A stretch of DNA of 64,000 nucleotides from Amoebidium appalachense. Its lineage: Eukaryota > Protista > Ichthyosporea. Positions 11,062 to 61,121 of the stretch are shown in pieces. The stretch is taken from positions 4,039,106 to 4,103,105 of the forward strand of contig CAVNZM010000003.1 in assembly GCA_963693365.1 (NCBI GenBank), written 5' to 3'. The first letter of the stretch is position 1, and each line of letters starts with the position of its first letter. The notes under the pieces are model-generated. The model was not told the origin of the DNA. It was given only the letters and a program-made list of their open reading frames with translations, and searched no databases. Both the position numbers and the translations under genes were made by a program.

Positions 11062-12671
11062 TGTGAAGTTGTAATCGTTGGTGAGTGAGAGAAGAAGAGT
11101 GGAACAAAGACGAGAGTTTGGTTGTGGAAGGAACCCCTGGCTTCAAGCCTGTTGCTCCGTTTTTATGCCTGCTGCGCCGAGTCGGGCTCTGCCCGCATTG
11201 GTCACCTAGCCGGATTAACTGGATAGATCGGCTAAGCCAATCATATTGGCATCACATGGTACGGGGTCAAGCAAGCTCGTCCCCGAGCTTGACAGTAAAG
11301 CAAAGTCTACATATAAACGTTTTGTTGGTTGTTGAAAAAAATTATAAACAGTTACATAGCACTCATACATGCATGCAGGCTGAGTTACGGTCTGCATGTA
11401 CGTGCAATAAAGGTGGGCACACTGGCATGTGCATAACGGTTGCTTACTCGGTAAAACCTCCAAAAGGCCTTTCAGCGTTCCATTTTCCCTGTGCCAACTA
11501 GTCTTTTGCTAGGGAGGGGTCACAGGTATAGGAGCCAGGTTTTCTAATAGTGTTGTCTCCAGAGTTGCTCCACTGACCGTCCTCGTCCTTGTTGCTGGCA
11601 ATGGGACGATGTTGTAGTTGCTCTTGCCGTGGTGGTTGGGGTGTGTGAACTAGGGAAAGTCAGTGGTTAGAAGTGTTTATGTTGTGAACCTTGGTTGTTG
11701 ATACTGAATAGGGCCAGAAGGGATGTTGACGGAAACAGGTGTTTCCAGGTGTGGTTGTGTGTGTGGTTAGGTTTGGTTAGTTGTGTTTTGTTGTTGCAAA
11801 GGGAAAGCACTGAGGGCAGAGTCGACGTGGGGTTCCAACCGGGCTGTTAGAGTCGTCGTTGTTTGTTTGTGCCCCTAAACCACGTTCCGCCAGCCCAGTG
11901 TAAGAGATAAAGGCTTCTTAGAAGTTGAAATAAACGGGTTATAGAGGTGGAAAAAAAGAAAGGGGGTGGCCGGTTGTTAACAAAGTTAGGTGGTATCCGT
12001 GCATTGTAGTGATTTGCGATGTCTTCGAAAATGATTGCACTGTGGTTGATTGTCAATTGATTGAACTGATCGGATGAATGATTGATTTAGTGATGGTCAT
12101 GGCAAAACATGAAAATGGTGGGTAAAATGTAAAAAGTGCAGCAAGAGCATGAATGAATGGCATGTTCTCGGTTTTTGATAAAGCTTGACTTTTGAAGATC
12201 TTTGAAAAAATGATGTGCACGCATCTGATGTGCAGACATGCAACATGGGCTGGAGAGAAACGAAAAACTTTTCTTGTGTAGGGCTGCAGTCTGGGGCTGG
12301 CGCGGGACCTGGTGCAGACAGAAGAGAAGCCAGGCGTAGAAGAAGAGCGCTCAGCAGGGCAGCGTAGCAGAGTTGTAGCGCAGCACGGGGCCCATAGCGT
12401 GCTGATGGCTTGGTGATGTCCAGAGAAGGGCTCGAGGCAATGAAGCCTTCGAGGAGGAAAGACCTCTCTGCTACCATGTGAAGTTGTAATCGTTGTTGAG
12501 TGAGAGAAGAAGAGTGGAACAAAGACGAGAGTTTGGTTGTGGAAGGAACCCCTGGCTTCAAGCATGTTGCTCCGTTTTTATGCCTGCTGCGCCGAGTCGG
12601 GCTCTGCCCGCATTGGTCACCTAGCCGGATTAACTGGATAGATCGGCTAAGCCAATCATATTGGCATCACA
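11062..12671 (-). mobile_element. Non-autonomous LTR retrotransposon (TRIM/LARD-like), recent insertion
   Basis: 195-bp LTRs 11062-11256 and 12477-12671 with 2 mismatches, TGTGA...TCACA termini and GGGG on both flanks (4-bp TSD). Minus-strand PBS TGGTAGCAGAG directly follows the 5' LTR and matches the initiator tRNA-Met 3' end. CCAAT and CATAAAA motifs on the minus strand; no gag/pol recognised. Confidence 0.9.
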
Positions 12672-12699
12672 GGGGGGTCAGGGAACGAGTGTTCTAATG

Positions 12700-13130
<431 letters not shown>

Positions 13131-13738
13131 CTGTTTATATTTGTTGCTTTTGGAATAATGTGGTGGTGTGCGACTGTGTCCGCTGTGTCACGGCCAGAAA
13201 ATTTCGGAAGTCACTGCCTTGGAGCGGCTGGAGCACGTTGTTCGCACTGCATTTTAGCGTTTTTGGGCTTTTTGCGTAAGCCATCAACCAATCAAAACAG
13301 CCAAAAAGGCGGAAGAGTTTGATTGGGTTATCCAGCACCACGCTCCGAGCCGGATGAGGTCAAACCGGCGAAACATTCAAGAAAAACTTAGACAACACTA
13401 ACACGTAGTAGCCGACAATATATGAAAAAGCAATATACTTCGTACAAAGACCAAGTATGAATATTGCTCATGATATGAGCTAAACTAGATTAGATAGGAA
13501 ACGGCTGTGTAGCCATTTTTTCCCCCAAGGTTTGTTAGTCTGAGGCTAATTTCACTGATATTCGCTGAGAATCTAGACGCATATTTTCAATAACATAGAG
13601 CATGTACTATCACCTCTACACACGTAACAAATCCCCTCCTTTCCGGTCACTTGTCTAGTCTCAATGCTCGACTTCCCCTTACAAAAACACAGCCTTCACC
13701 TACTCCGTTTTGCCCGGTGGGCTCAATAACTATTGAAG

Positions 13739-38919
<25,181 letters not shown>

Positions 38920-39999
38920 AATGCGACGGATGGAGTTTGTTGTATCGTGCCCCCTTCCTCCCCCCCCCCCCCCCCCCCCCCCCTCCCCCCCTCTCTCCTC
39001 CCCCCCCCCCCCCCCCCCCTTGTTTTTGATGTTTGTGTGGGTGGGTGGGTGGGTGTGGGTGTGGGTGGGTGGGTGGGTGTGGGTATAAATGTGAAACTAT
39101 ACCTTCGTTACTGCACTCTTACCGTTTTTAATCGTCTGCGAGAAAAAGAAAAAGACGTCCGACATCAATTCGGCTTCTACCCAAATGGCATGGGGTTTTA
39201 GCGGCTAAGGTATGTACAGTTAAAATTTTATAAAACCACGTGAGTTTTATTCATAATAATCGGCAGTGGTGCTGATTAGCGATTGAGACTAAACAGAGAT
39301 ACTATTCTGTTTACGTTTTTTCAAGTCAATGCGAGTACAAAAATATAATGTTTGGGTTATCTCATACTAACTGGTATTTCTAATATTATAAATATATATA
39401 ACTATCGACTGCATGGATTGGAGCGTGGCAAAAAGTGAATCTCCTCTTATAGATTGGCAACTCTCATCTTAATCCATTTTCCGTTTTCGGATAGCTGGTG
39501 ATCCGATTACTGATCAGAATAACTGATGGCCCCCTGTCACTTTTGAGGTGTGTTACCTTCTCGTTTTTTCACTTGCTTCGTGATACTGGGTGTAAAAAGA
39601 TCAACCGCACCATTACTAATGAAACTACGTTGAATTCTAGCGTGACATTCCCTTAGGGGATTCAAAAATGTATAGTGAGCATTAATAAGGATAAGTAGTA
39701 CAGCCTCATGATATGCAATTCAATCACCAGGTATTAAAGAAAAAACCGTGTATGTGTTTGCATCAGTTTTACCAACACACGTGTAGGTTTTGTCTTGATT
39801 ATCCCATTAAACCTAGCAGTTGTAATCATTAAGTGTTGGTTAGCTAGTTTCCATAAATTAACTCATTCAAGCCTTACTAAGCCTAATGGATATAATGTGT
39901 AAATATTCAATGGGTAATTACATTGAACTGATAGGTAGTTGGTTGTATCTATTACCCTCCTTACTCATATGCATACTTTCCATCTTTTTCATTCAAAAA

Positions 40000-40087
<88 letters not shown>

Positions 40088-40125
40088 TTGTGGTTGTGGT
40101 GGGTTGGTGGGTGGGTGTGTGTGTG

Positions 40126-40168
<43 letters not shown>

Positions 40169-40606
40169 AACAGCGTGCAATATGTAGTTGATACAACCTG
40201 GGGTATGAATGAGCGATATGTAACTGCTTTCTCAGGGCTGCAACTATAAATATTATGACGGTGATAATGGTTCACTATGTACATGTGAGGGTTGGTCACT
40301 TACGGATATATCTCAATATATGCTAACCAATTAGGTAACACGGAACACGAGAGATCGTGTTCTATGTAAACGTCTTAATAATAATCAAAGGCACGGTCCG
40401 TACGTCGAGGTATGATGATATGATATTGTGTTATTGTGATAGGTTGGCGTGAACGGATTTCAACCATCCAATCATGTGGTCGGATTAAATTAAAAAAAAG
40501 TTAGCACGAGTTTGTGTACATTTGCCTGATCAGAACGTCGACGAATCAAAAAATAAACCTCTTGGGCCGGGACCTGGTAAAGGCACATGTGAACTATTTG
40601 AATTAA

Positions 40607-40821
40607 GGAGAAAGGGTTCAAAACAGGCTACGGGCGCTGTCAGACTAGCGAAATTTAGCCGCCGCCGGCTAAGATTGCTATGTGGTATGTGACGTTTACC
40701 GGTTTACTACTATATATGGTGGTAAATCTGTGTGATGTCATATATCATAGCAATTTTAGCCGGCGGCGGTTATATTTTGCTAGTCTGACAGGGTACTACG
40801 TCTGTTTTGAACCCTTTCTCC
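40607..40821. mobile_element. Palindromic MITE with TTAA target duplication (Kolobok-like GG...CC termini)
   Basis: TTAA at 40603-40606 and 40822-40825. TIR GGAGAAAGGGTTCAAAACAG / CTGTTTTGAACCCTTTCTCC, with internal arms CTGTCAGACTAGC..GCCGCCGGCTAA..TTGCTATG also mirrored. Confidence 0.88.
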
Positions 40822-40962
40822 TTAAAGGAACACCCACTCAGAATTTCGGCTAGATGAGTGCTGTGTGTCCACAGAGATATCCTGCAGCAGGAATAGATAG
40901 ATAGTATTACGCACGCTTTATGAGAGAGTGAGAGAGCCGGGGAGGGAGAGAGAGAGAGAGAG

Positions 40963-40994
<32 letters not shown>

Positions 40995-41067
40995 TGTGTG
41001 TGTGTGTGTGTGTGTGTGTGCCTGTGTGTGAGTGTCCGTGTGATACTGTGCGTGTGACGTGTGTGTG

Positions 41068-41138
<71 letters not shown>

Positions 41139-41210
41139 AGCGATAATATATCGTGCGTGACTGCACGTGTGCGTGCGCGTCGCTGGTCTAGTGGGTGGGT
41201 GGGTGGCGGG

Positions 41211-41241
<31 letters not shown>

Positions 41242-43273
41242 TTTGTTTCACCGGTCGGTGAGTAGGCCTGGGTGCGTTCGTGGGTTGGGGTGGGGGGTGT
41301 TTGGGGGCTTTTTTCACCTAACCTGGCCAGTTCTTTGTTTCGCCTAGGCTTTTGTCAGTGAGTTGGCTTTTTTTTTTCTCCTGAAAAAATTCATGCACCC
41401 TGAGTGACAAGCTTGCACGTGCTCAATTTTTACTACTGCATGCAGGCATACACGTGTAGAATGCCACACACTGACACTAGCTGTGTCATCATGATGATGT
41501 CGAAACGCACACGACCGGCACAAACAAGCTACAAATTCCCCCCCCGTGTCACACACACCGCGTCACACACACAACACGAGACTGAACACATGCGCATGAC
41601 ATTGTGCAGGCAAACACCGTTGGCAACACACACATGCACACACAGTTCCCACAAAGAGAGAAAGACACACACACACACACACACACACGTACACACGTAC
41701 ACGCGTGTACACACACAGACACACGTCTGCGTACACACACAGATATGGTGTCACATACACGCATGTGCTCACTAACTAATTATTCACGATGTAGCACTCG
41801 GTGAGAGTTTGAGACACATGCTCGGAGGCCGGGGCCATCGACCCACTGACATTTGCAGATGATAATTGTTTTTGTTTTGTTTGATAGACGTCGCAATAGA
41901 TAGAAAAGCCCACCCACGTTTACGCGATTCATGTGGCACGATGCGTCACGATGTGGACGCGCACTGACCCATGCCGTGTTCGTGTGATCATCACGCTGCG
42001 GATGATCACCGTGGCGGCCGAAGATCAGCGCCTGTTACACCACCACGTGTACAATCATTTGTTGACACAAAAATAGATTATGAAGGCTTATTAACTTACT
42101 TTTTAGCTTAATGGTTCCATATTCTTTATTTCTGTATAAAGTTTTGCCATGATTTCTTTCTCTTTTTTTCTTTGTAAACTTTGAATGCGATACCGTACGC
42201 GCCGGCAGCTTCAAAGTTGCTTGTTCGGAAGTTCGCCGCCTCTGAGCAACGGTCGTGCGGCCAAAATGCGGGTGCCTGGAGGGTTTTTTTATACGCCTAA
42301 AACGCCAAAATTCACATAAACGTATGGTTGGGTACAGTTTATAGTATAAGATATAGGCATTAGTTCAACAGCATATACATCCGCTTTCCCTTGGGTCCAC
42401 TCGAAAAAAATTCCGTGCGTTGTATAGTTCAAACCCTGTCCGTGGGCAGGCCAAACAACGACCAATCAACGAGCCTGAGAATTAGACTCAAAGATGATTG
42501 GTCCGGAACATTGACTTAATCTGCGAAAAAGGTTAATTTTATGTCGTTTCATTGGCTGCTTGAAATAGGCCATGGCAACCAGATCTACGGTTCCTGGCAG
42601 GCCTGCTGCGAGCCTGCGACTGGGCTTTTGTCATGCAGCCAATACCTATTTGATTTGATAGCAACCGTCGACGCAGAACTGGGCAAATGATGTTGTATCA
42701 CGAGTTTCCTTCGTATACTTGGCAGTGTGCATCGGTAACTGGTTGAAATGCACTTATTCAAATAAAGATGAGCCATTACCCATGCTAATCGCATGGAATT
42801 CAAAGGAATGGTTCCGGGGGCCTTTGGTAACGCATGGAATAAATGCCTCGCCAATACAGTCGTGGTCTTTTGCACATGTAAATTGCTCGAGTGATGATGT
42901 AGTCACGTAGCCCCTCTAATTTGATACGGCCCACTTATTATTTAGTAAAAACTCATAACAGTGGAGAAAATAGAATTTGCATATATAAGAGGTGAGTGGC
43001 TGCGAACTAAAGGTCAGGAAAACCTGGCCCTTGTGTACATGCGTGAAAAGGCGTCAGACTCGATCGCCTTCCGAGGAAAAGCAAAAAAAAGGCGCAGTTC
43101 CAAAAGATTTGCCCTGCTTTCCAAAGAATGTGGTACTTAGGAAAGCATGACGTGATTGGATTACTAGATAGCCAATCAAATATTGACCAATAGGATACAC
43201 CCATGCGAGAATACTGATATAAATCTAAAAGCCTGACGGTGACCTCTTGCAACTCACGGTCAGTTATAGATTT

Positions 43274-43920
43274 GGGGGTTTATGCACTTTGTATTGCTGC
43301 GGACATCGTCAGGGGCTCAGCCTCACTTGACGGCCTACTGCGTTTTCCAGCGCAGCCAATCAAATGCAGCTAGTGACTTATCGACACTGTATGCAATAAA
43401 ACAACCCTAGTATAGATTATGGAGAAGCCTCTGAGAAGCTAGCATTGGTAGCTCCGAGAGAAAGTTAGGACACCGTATCACAATATCCTACTGTGCAGCA
43501 TTAATAAGGTGATCTAACACGGTCATTTTATAACGGATATACTGGGGGAGAGAAGTAGAAAAGAGAATAAGCCGCCCATAACCTCCGGTTCTACCACATT
43601 AGCTAACAGGTCACACTTATTGATAGATATGCATCCGCGAGTAAACCGCCCCCCACACATATACACATACGAGCAGGAGACACCAAAAACCAACTACAAC
43701 GTCAAGACATAATCATCTTTGCATATTTATACGACACAACATCATGAATAAACGAATCTATATCTAGGAGCGAGATTGTCTAACCGTATCCGCCATATAG
43801 GCTACTAGTAGTTGTTGGTGTTTTTGCTGACCTAACACTGGGAGGGACTCGACACGTAAAGTAAAAAGGTATCTATCATCAGCCATAGACGTAAAACTAT
43901 TCATAGTCACACTATGCATG
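43274..43920 (-). pseudogene. Degenerate coding dispersed repeat, copy 2
   Basis: Reverse complement aligns to 4226-4862; has in-frame stops (RSRS*, IMS*) and indels. Confidence 0.7.
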
Positions 43921-44675
43921 GTCCAGCCGTACCTCCGGTGGAGTCGCCAGCCACTCCGCATATCGCTCGACAATGGGCAGAGACGATGTGGAAGTCAAGA
44001 GGTAGAAGGGCGAGTCCGGCATAGATTTCTTCAAATGCAAGCTAGGCTCTTTCAGCTATAACCTTCAATTCACATACTTTTTTCATGAAACAAGTAACAC
44101 TGTAAATACATGATGTGGGATCAGTCGCACTTGTGTGGGTGATTCATCATCATCCGCCAGCGTGCGGTACGACGTCACGCATGGGTCGCCTCAAGGCTGC
44201 GGGTTCCGAATCTTCCGAATGTTATTTATTTACTGTAGCTACGAAATAGACAAAGCAAACGCTTCATATCGCCCGGTGGTGACCAAAATGAAGTATATAT
44301 TACGTTTTCGCCAACAACATCGTCGTTACGAAAGTGTAGAAAATTGATTGCCACGCCTGGGGCTCATTCCAGTAGACTCATTCCAGCGCGCGCCGAATGT
44401 TTTGGTTTGCTCGACCAATCAAACGATAGGGTTTGGCATCGGTGCGTTCCTTGCCGCAGCTCGCGCCTCCAAATAAAAGCAAAAGGCGGTCATCCTGAGC
44501 CGCCCATTCTAAACAAAACACTCCGAGTGGCAGACAAAACAAACGAACTGATAGTGCCGAAAGTCACTGAAGACAAAACGAAAAACGTTTGTCAGAGTTA
44601 GTTAAAAGGCAGAGAAATATAGATAAAGTAACGTTTTTTAGCTGGGCTCCCATTTTACAAGCAAAGTTTTTGAAA

Positions 44676-45458
44676 ATGTTGACACAACAGCTTCCTCCCC
44701 GCCACAACCTGAGCGGCATGGGTTACAGCACAGACAACAAAATTCACTATCTCCCATATGTTTTCAGCCCACCCCTCACCCCTGCAAACCACCCCAACTC
44801 CAACGCGCACCACCACCAACCACACGGCGTTCTCCGCCGATGCGTAAACGTTGCCCTTCCATACGGTGCCTGCCTTCCAGCAGGCGTTAGTGCCATTCAC
44901 AAGCAGCCACGCAAGCGACGAAGCATCAAGGAGCTTAGTCGTGGTTATTATTGCCAGGAACATGGGTGCCCCAAGCGTTACGAGGAATGGAGGTCCCTCC
45001 AGGCGCATTGCTGGGCAAAGCACCAACAAAGAGTGCGCAAGAACGAGAAAAAGTGGCACATTCCCAACCCCACAGCAGATTACACTGCCGAGGAGCAAGG
45101 ATTCGGCACACCGGAAGCCACCCCTAAGTCCAGCATGACCGATCTCGACGACATTGTTTACGCAGCAAACTGCGGGCGTGATTTCTCACCTGCACCCGTG
45201 TCTTCCGCCCCCTCCTACGCCTACTCGCCCGCAAACACGCAGGTGTCGCCCGCTGCGTCCAGCCCCCTTGTCAGCTGGTCATCCCCCGCTGATGTTTGCT
45301 TTGTTCCCAAGAGTGAACAGCAAGGTTTCGAGAACATGAGTGATAGCATGGCTCTTGGGGCTCTTGATGAGAAGGAGGGATCTTCTTTGGAGGTCGACTT
45401 TGGCCAGCTCGACTCGCTATTTTTGCAAATACAGCGCGTGCTGTCGGAGGTTCACTAA
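44676..45458 (+). CDS. Single C2H2 zinc-finger protein (putative transcription factor), 260 aa, intronless
   Basis: Basic KRRSIKELSRG followed by YYCQEHGCPKRYEEWRSLQAHCWAKH (C-x4-C-x12-H-x4-H), then a Ser/Pro-rich and acidic C-terminus. CCAAT (about 44415) and AATAAAAG (about 44472) lie upstream. Confidence 0.82.
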   Translation: MLTQQLPPRHNLSGMGYSTDNKIHYLPYVFSPPLTPANHPNSNAHHHQPHGVLRRCVNVALPYGACLPAGVSAIHKQPRKRRSIKELSRGYYCQEHGCPKRYEEWRSLQAHCWAKHQQRVRKNEKKWHIPNPTADYTAEEQGFGTPEATPKSSMTDLDDIVYAANCGRDFSPAPVSSAPSYAYSPANTQVSPAASSPLVSWSSPADVCFVPKSEQQGFENMSDSMALGALDEKEGSSLEVDFGQLDSLFLQIQRVLSEVH

Positions 45459-45946
45459 TTGAGGTTGATGAAAAACTGAGCTGATGCTTTACATCGCTAT
45501 ATGTATTTCACGAGTTGTATGCTGTAATGGTCAATAATTACCTTGAGCAAAGTCTGTGACTCGCCTTAGTTAAAGTTGAATGAGCATGTTTATCCAAAGA
45601 TCCCATTCTCGCAAGTATGAAAACAGAAATTATGATACGATATGAACAACCTGGCGAGACTTACCTCTCCAGAGCTAAAAAAATACTGCTTCTGTTGAGC
45701 AACATAACGTAAAAAAAAGGGTAGTAGCGAGAAATGAAGGTAGAGAAAATATGAGCCGCAGCCGCACTTACCAACATAGACAGTTGGTCCCGCTGCATGG
45801 CCAGTGTTGTAATCTTAAAAACAAAATAAAATTAACTCAAAGATATCAAAAATATGATTTGGCTTGCAGATCCCACAAAACACACTGTTCACCAAAAGAG
45901 TCCTCTCTAATCTAACTGAAGGAAATTTTGATAGTAACATCCCCTC

Positions 45947-45978
<32 letters not shown>

Positions 45979-46278
45979 CTCTCTCCAGACACACACACAC
46001 TCTCTCTCTGTCTCTCTCTCTCTCAAAACTTCTTCCGTCTTCCAAAAAGGCGGCGATATGGAATATGACTGTAAATGGCATATAGCATGAAATTTCTTGC
46101 CAGCAAGCATTTTGGCCAGGCTGGCCGTCCAAATGTACACACTTCTGACCGCTGCCAGCGCAAATTCATACGATGTGGGAGGGCGGAGAGTGTTTTTGCC
46201 TGGCCCGGGTCCCTCCCCCTGCCACGTGCGACTGTGGCCTCAGCCGCCGTATGATCAACTATACTCTAGCCGCTAGAG

Positions 46279-47278
46279 TCAAGGGTATGAGTTGGCGCGT
46301 GAGCAGTCGCTTCGAAAGGAAAGTTTTGTCGGCTTTGAAAAATAAGAGCTGCCTCCAAAGGTAGCAGCCCCGCCCCTGGCTTTGTTCATGATATGAAAAT
46401 ATGATGCAAGTGTACATGTGTGGGTGACGCAGTATACATAACTATATAAGGCAACTGTCCAAAATTGCAAAGGCGTCAAGTCGGGGTATACGCGTACGTG
46501 TCCCTTGTTTAGGGCCGAACCAGAACAGCAGAATTGTTCTAACCAGAACTGTACGAGTCTGGTTGCCGCTAAAATAATGTTGTAACATTTAAAGCAAGCA
46601 TGATAGCCTGTTTGGGCCCGATTGATTATTCAGTGCACAGCTTTCATTATGTCATTCCCTCTGGCAAACCCGGTAGAGGTCACCCGCAACCGGTCAACCT
46701 ATGGTATGAATATATACGAATGTATATCATAGTATATGCCACTTGCGGGTGAACCCTTCGGTGACACGACATTGTCCCCAAGGATATGCACATAAACAAT
46801 GATGCAAGTAACCTTATGTTTATGGTGATATACTGCACGGTCATGAAGAATACTTTAAATGAAAATGAACACCCACCATCTGATCGACTAAAGAGAGGAA
46901 GAAAACAAACCGCCGTTCAACTTGAAAACGCAAAGCGGCAGATTGTTGCTGAACAACTGATTGTTTGTGCATGGTAATCCCCCCTGCCCCCCCCCCCTCC
47001 CCCCTCTTCCCCCCTCCACCCCCACCCACCCCCCTCCCCCCCCCCCCCCCCTCCCCCCCCCCCCCCCCCCCCCCTCTCTCTCTCTCTTGGTACCCACAGC
47101 CTGAATTACTAGAAGAAAGCCCATAACACCAATAATTGAATTTTAATACACTCATTCTGCTCACTGGTTGCTGCCATTTCCATTTGATATCTACAAAGGT
47201 CTTGAAGTTCGGGAAGAAAGAAAAGATGGCCGACTTATTCTGGAAATGGAGGGAGGGGGGGAGGGGGGTAGGGGGAAA

Positions 47279-47314
<36 letters not shown>

Positions 47315-47515
47315 GCGGAGGGGAAAGACTGAGGAGGGGGAGGGGGGAAGGGGGGAGTGGGGGGAGGGGGGGGGGGGGGGGTGTGAAGGGGAATCGAATC
47401 CGGGAAAGGGGGAGGGGTGGTACATGTCTAGAAGCTTGCATTATAAAAAAAGGGGAGGCTAATCTCGTGGTGGTGGTGGTGAAGGTGGTTATGGTGGTGG
47501 TGGTGGTGGGGGCAA

Positions 47516-47552
<37 letters not shown>

Positions 47553-47900
47553 CATGTAGTTCGATTCGGATATAAAGTTTATACTTAGTAACCCGTAATT
47601 ACTTGCGCATTACTATAGAAATTTGAGCAGTCACTCCCTGTGTGAATGTGCACGAGTGATACCAATTAACGGCGTGAGTGGTACTGTGTACACGTGTTTT
47701 TGTGTGCACGTGTGTTCATGTGTGTGCATACATGTGTGTGTGTGTGTGTGTGCACGTGTGTGTGTGTGTGCGTGCGTGTGTCTGCGCCAATGTGCCGTGC
47801 ATGTTTGTTGATCAGCAAGGACGTCGAATTAGTTACAGTAACTGAGTCTGGCAGGAACTTCATCTGCATGCTCCCCTTGGGGATCCGAAAGGGGAGAGGG

Positions 47901-47933
<33 letters not shown>

Positions 47934-47993
47934 AGGGGGGGGGACATATATCAAACCAGGCACGTGCAACATTAAGGTCTTATATGGCGCCAT
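46279..47993 (-). CDS. Possible small multi-exon gene with IQ-like motif (model uncertain)
   Basis: CCAAT at about 48085. Short unique islands between repeats (about 47957-47993, 47840-47875, 47662-47682, 47165-47233, 47094-47108, 46279-46379) can splice to MAPYKTLMLHVPGEHADEVPARLSYLPLTPLIVGHLFFLPELQDLCRYQMEMAATIIQAVARG..., but this needs three AAG acceptors and other joins are possible. Confidence 0.33.
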
Positions 47994-48549
47994 GACACTG
48001 TCCTTTTCGTCTCCGTGTGACCCCCCTCCCCCCCCTCCCCCCTCCTCCCCCGCCGTGCCGCTTGATCCGGAATTCAGCGCTCATTGGTTTTTTCATTATT
48101 GCATAAATATTAAAAATTTCTGATGAATGAGTTTCTTTCCAGATTATAGTCCTCATGCGCCACTGGCGGTTGAAGTCGGAATGTATTGATGCAGAGGGAA
48201 GCATAGTGCAGCTGCCGCAAAATGAAGTCCGATTTTAATTTGAACAAAAAAGAATTAAAAATATATCACCCAGAACAGACTTGATGTACAAAATACGTGT
48301 GGATGTGTGCAAATGCACATGTCATTGAGAACTATTTACTCGCCAGGATACGTATGTACAAAATGACAAGATATCAATGAATATCTATTCCTCGGCACAA
48401 GGGGTTTTTTAATGTGGACACAATCCACACATCGCATGTAGGGATGCTTTGAGGCAAGGGTATGAATGGGCTCAGGGTCTTATGGTCATGCGGGCGTGTG
48501 CTTGTGTGTCCGTGTGTGTACGTGTGTGTGTGTGAACGTGTGTGTGTGC

Positions 48550-48622
<73 letters not shown>

Positions 48623-48805
48623 GTGTGTGTGTGATACATGTGCTGTGTCTGTGCATGAGTGCACACAATCATGGATAATCGTCCATAAAAACGTTTTTGC
48701 ATGATTCGACGACCTTGGCACAAACAACCAGTTCTAGATTCAATATACACAACCTCGAATATAAAACATGCATAATGATAATATAAGGTTACACTGTGAT
48801 TTGTC

Positions 48806-60405
<11,600 letters not shown>

Positions 60406-61121
60406 TTTTCTGAAACACGCAAAACTGTTGTTTGCAAAAAAAATATCCTTGTGTATTTGGTTAATATTATGGTTCTGGTTTAATAGACAACAGGTGTTTT
60501 CTTATCAGAACTCGTGGGCTACAGATCATGGATCCTGGATCTTACGCGTTACATCAGGTGGATCAAGCAGTTGGCGGTTTTAGACATATGGTAGTTGAGG
60601 TTGCTGCTTGCTGCTGCAAGTATGTTACAAGATCTCTGTATGGTTTCTTTCACCTATTTCTCCTGATAATGTGCCAAACCCGTACAAAAACGCACAAGGA
60701 TTTCTCCTTTCGACAGCAAAAAAAACTTGCTGGACTTACATAGTGCGTAAACCCCCTTGATCACAGTGACTCACGGACTGAGTGAACCACCTAGTGGTTT
60801 ACGGAGACAAACAGACTTCTTAAAGCCAATGAATAGGCTTATTCACCAAGCCGATAAATACTTAGATGAATGGCTTCACTTTTGAGCCAATCAATGTGTG
60901 AGATTGCAATCCGTTGCAAGTTTAAGGAGACTTTGGCATTCTTCTTTTCGAGGTTTTTGGAAAACAGGAACCATGATTATGAATGCCTTGTTTCAGTTGT
61001 CTGCCTTGCCAAAGTACTTTTCGAAGCTTGCACATATCCGATTATGCCGGCGTGTTGAACTATTAGCCTTGAGTTATATAGAGCTTACCAAGATACCCCT
61101 TTTTGGAGCTTAAGAGAAATA
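60406..61121. promoter_or_regulatory. Probable bidirectional promoter between SH3BP5-like (-) and hypothetical ORF (+)
   Basis: About 0.7 kb free of simple repeats between divergent ATGs; AGCCAAT boxes at about 60823 and 60885. Confidence 0.5.
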
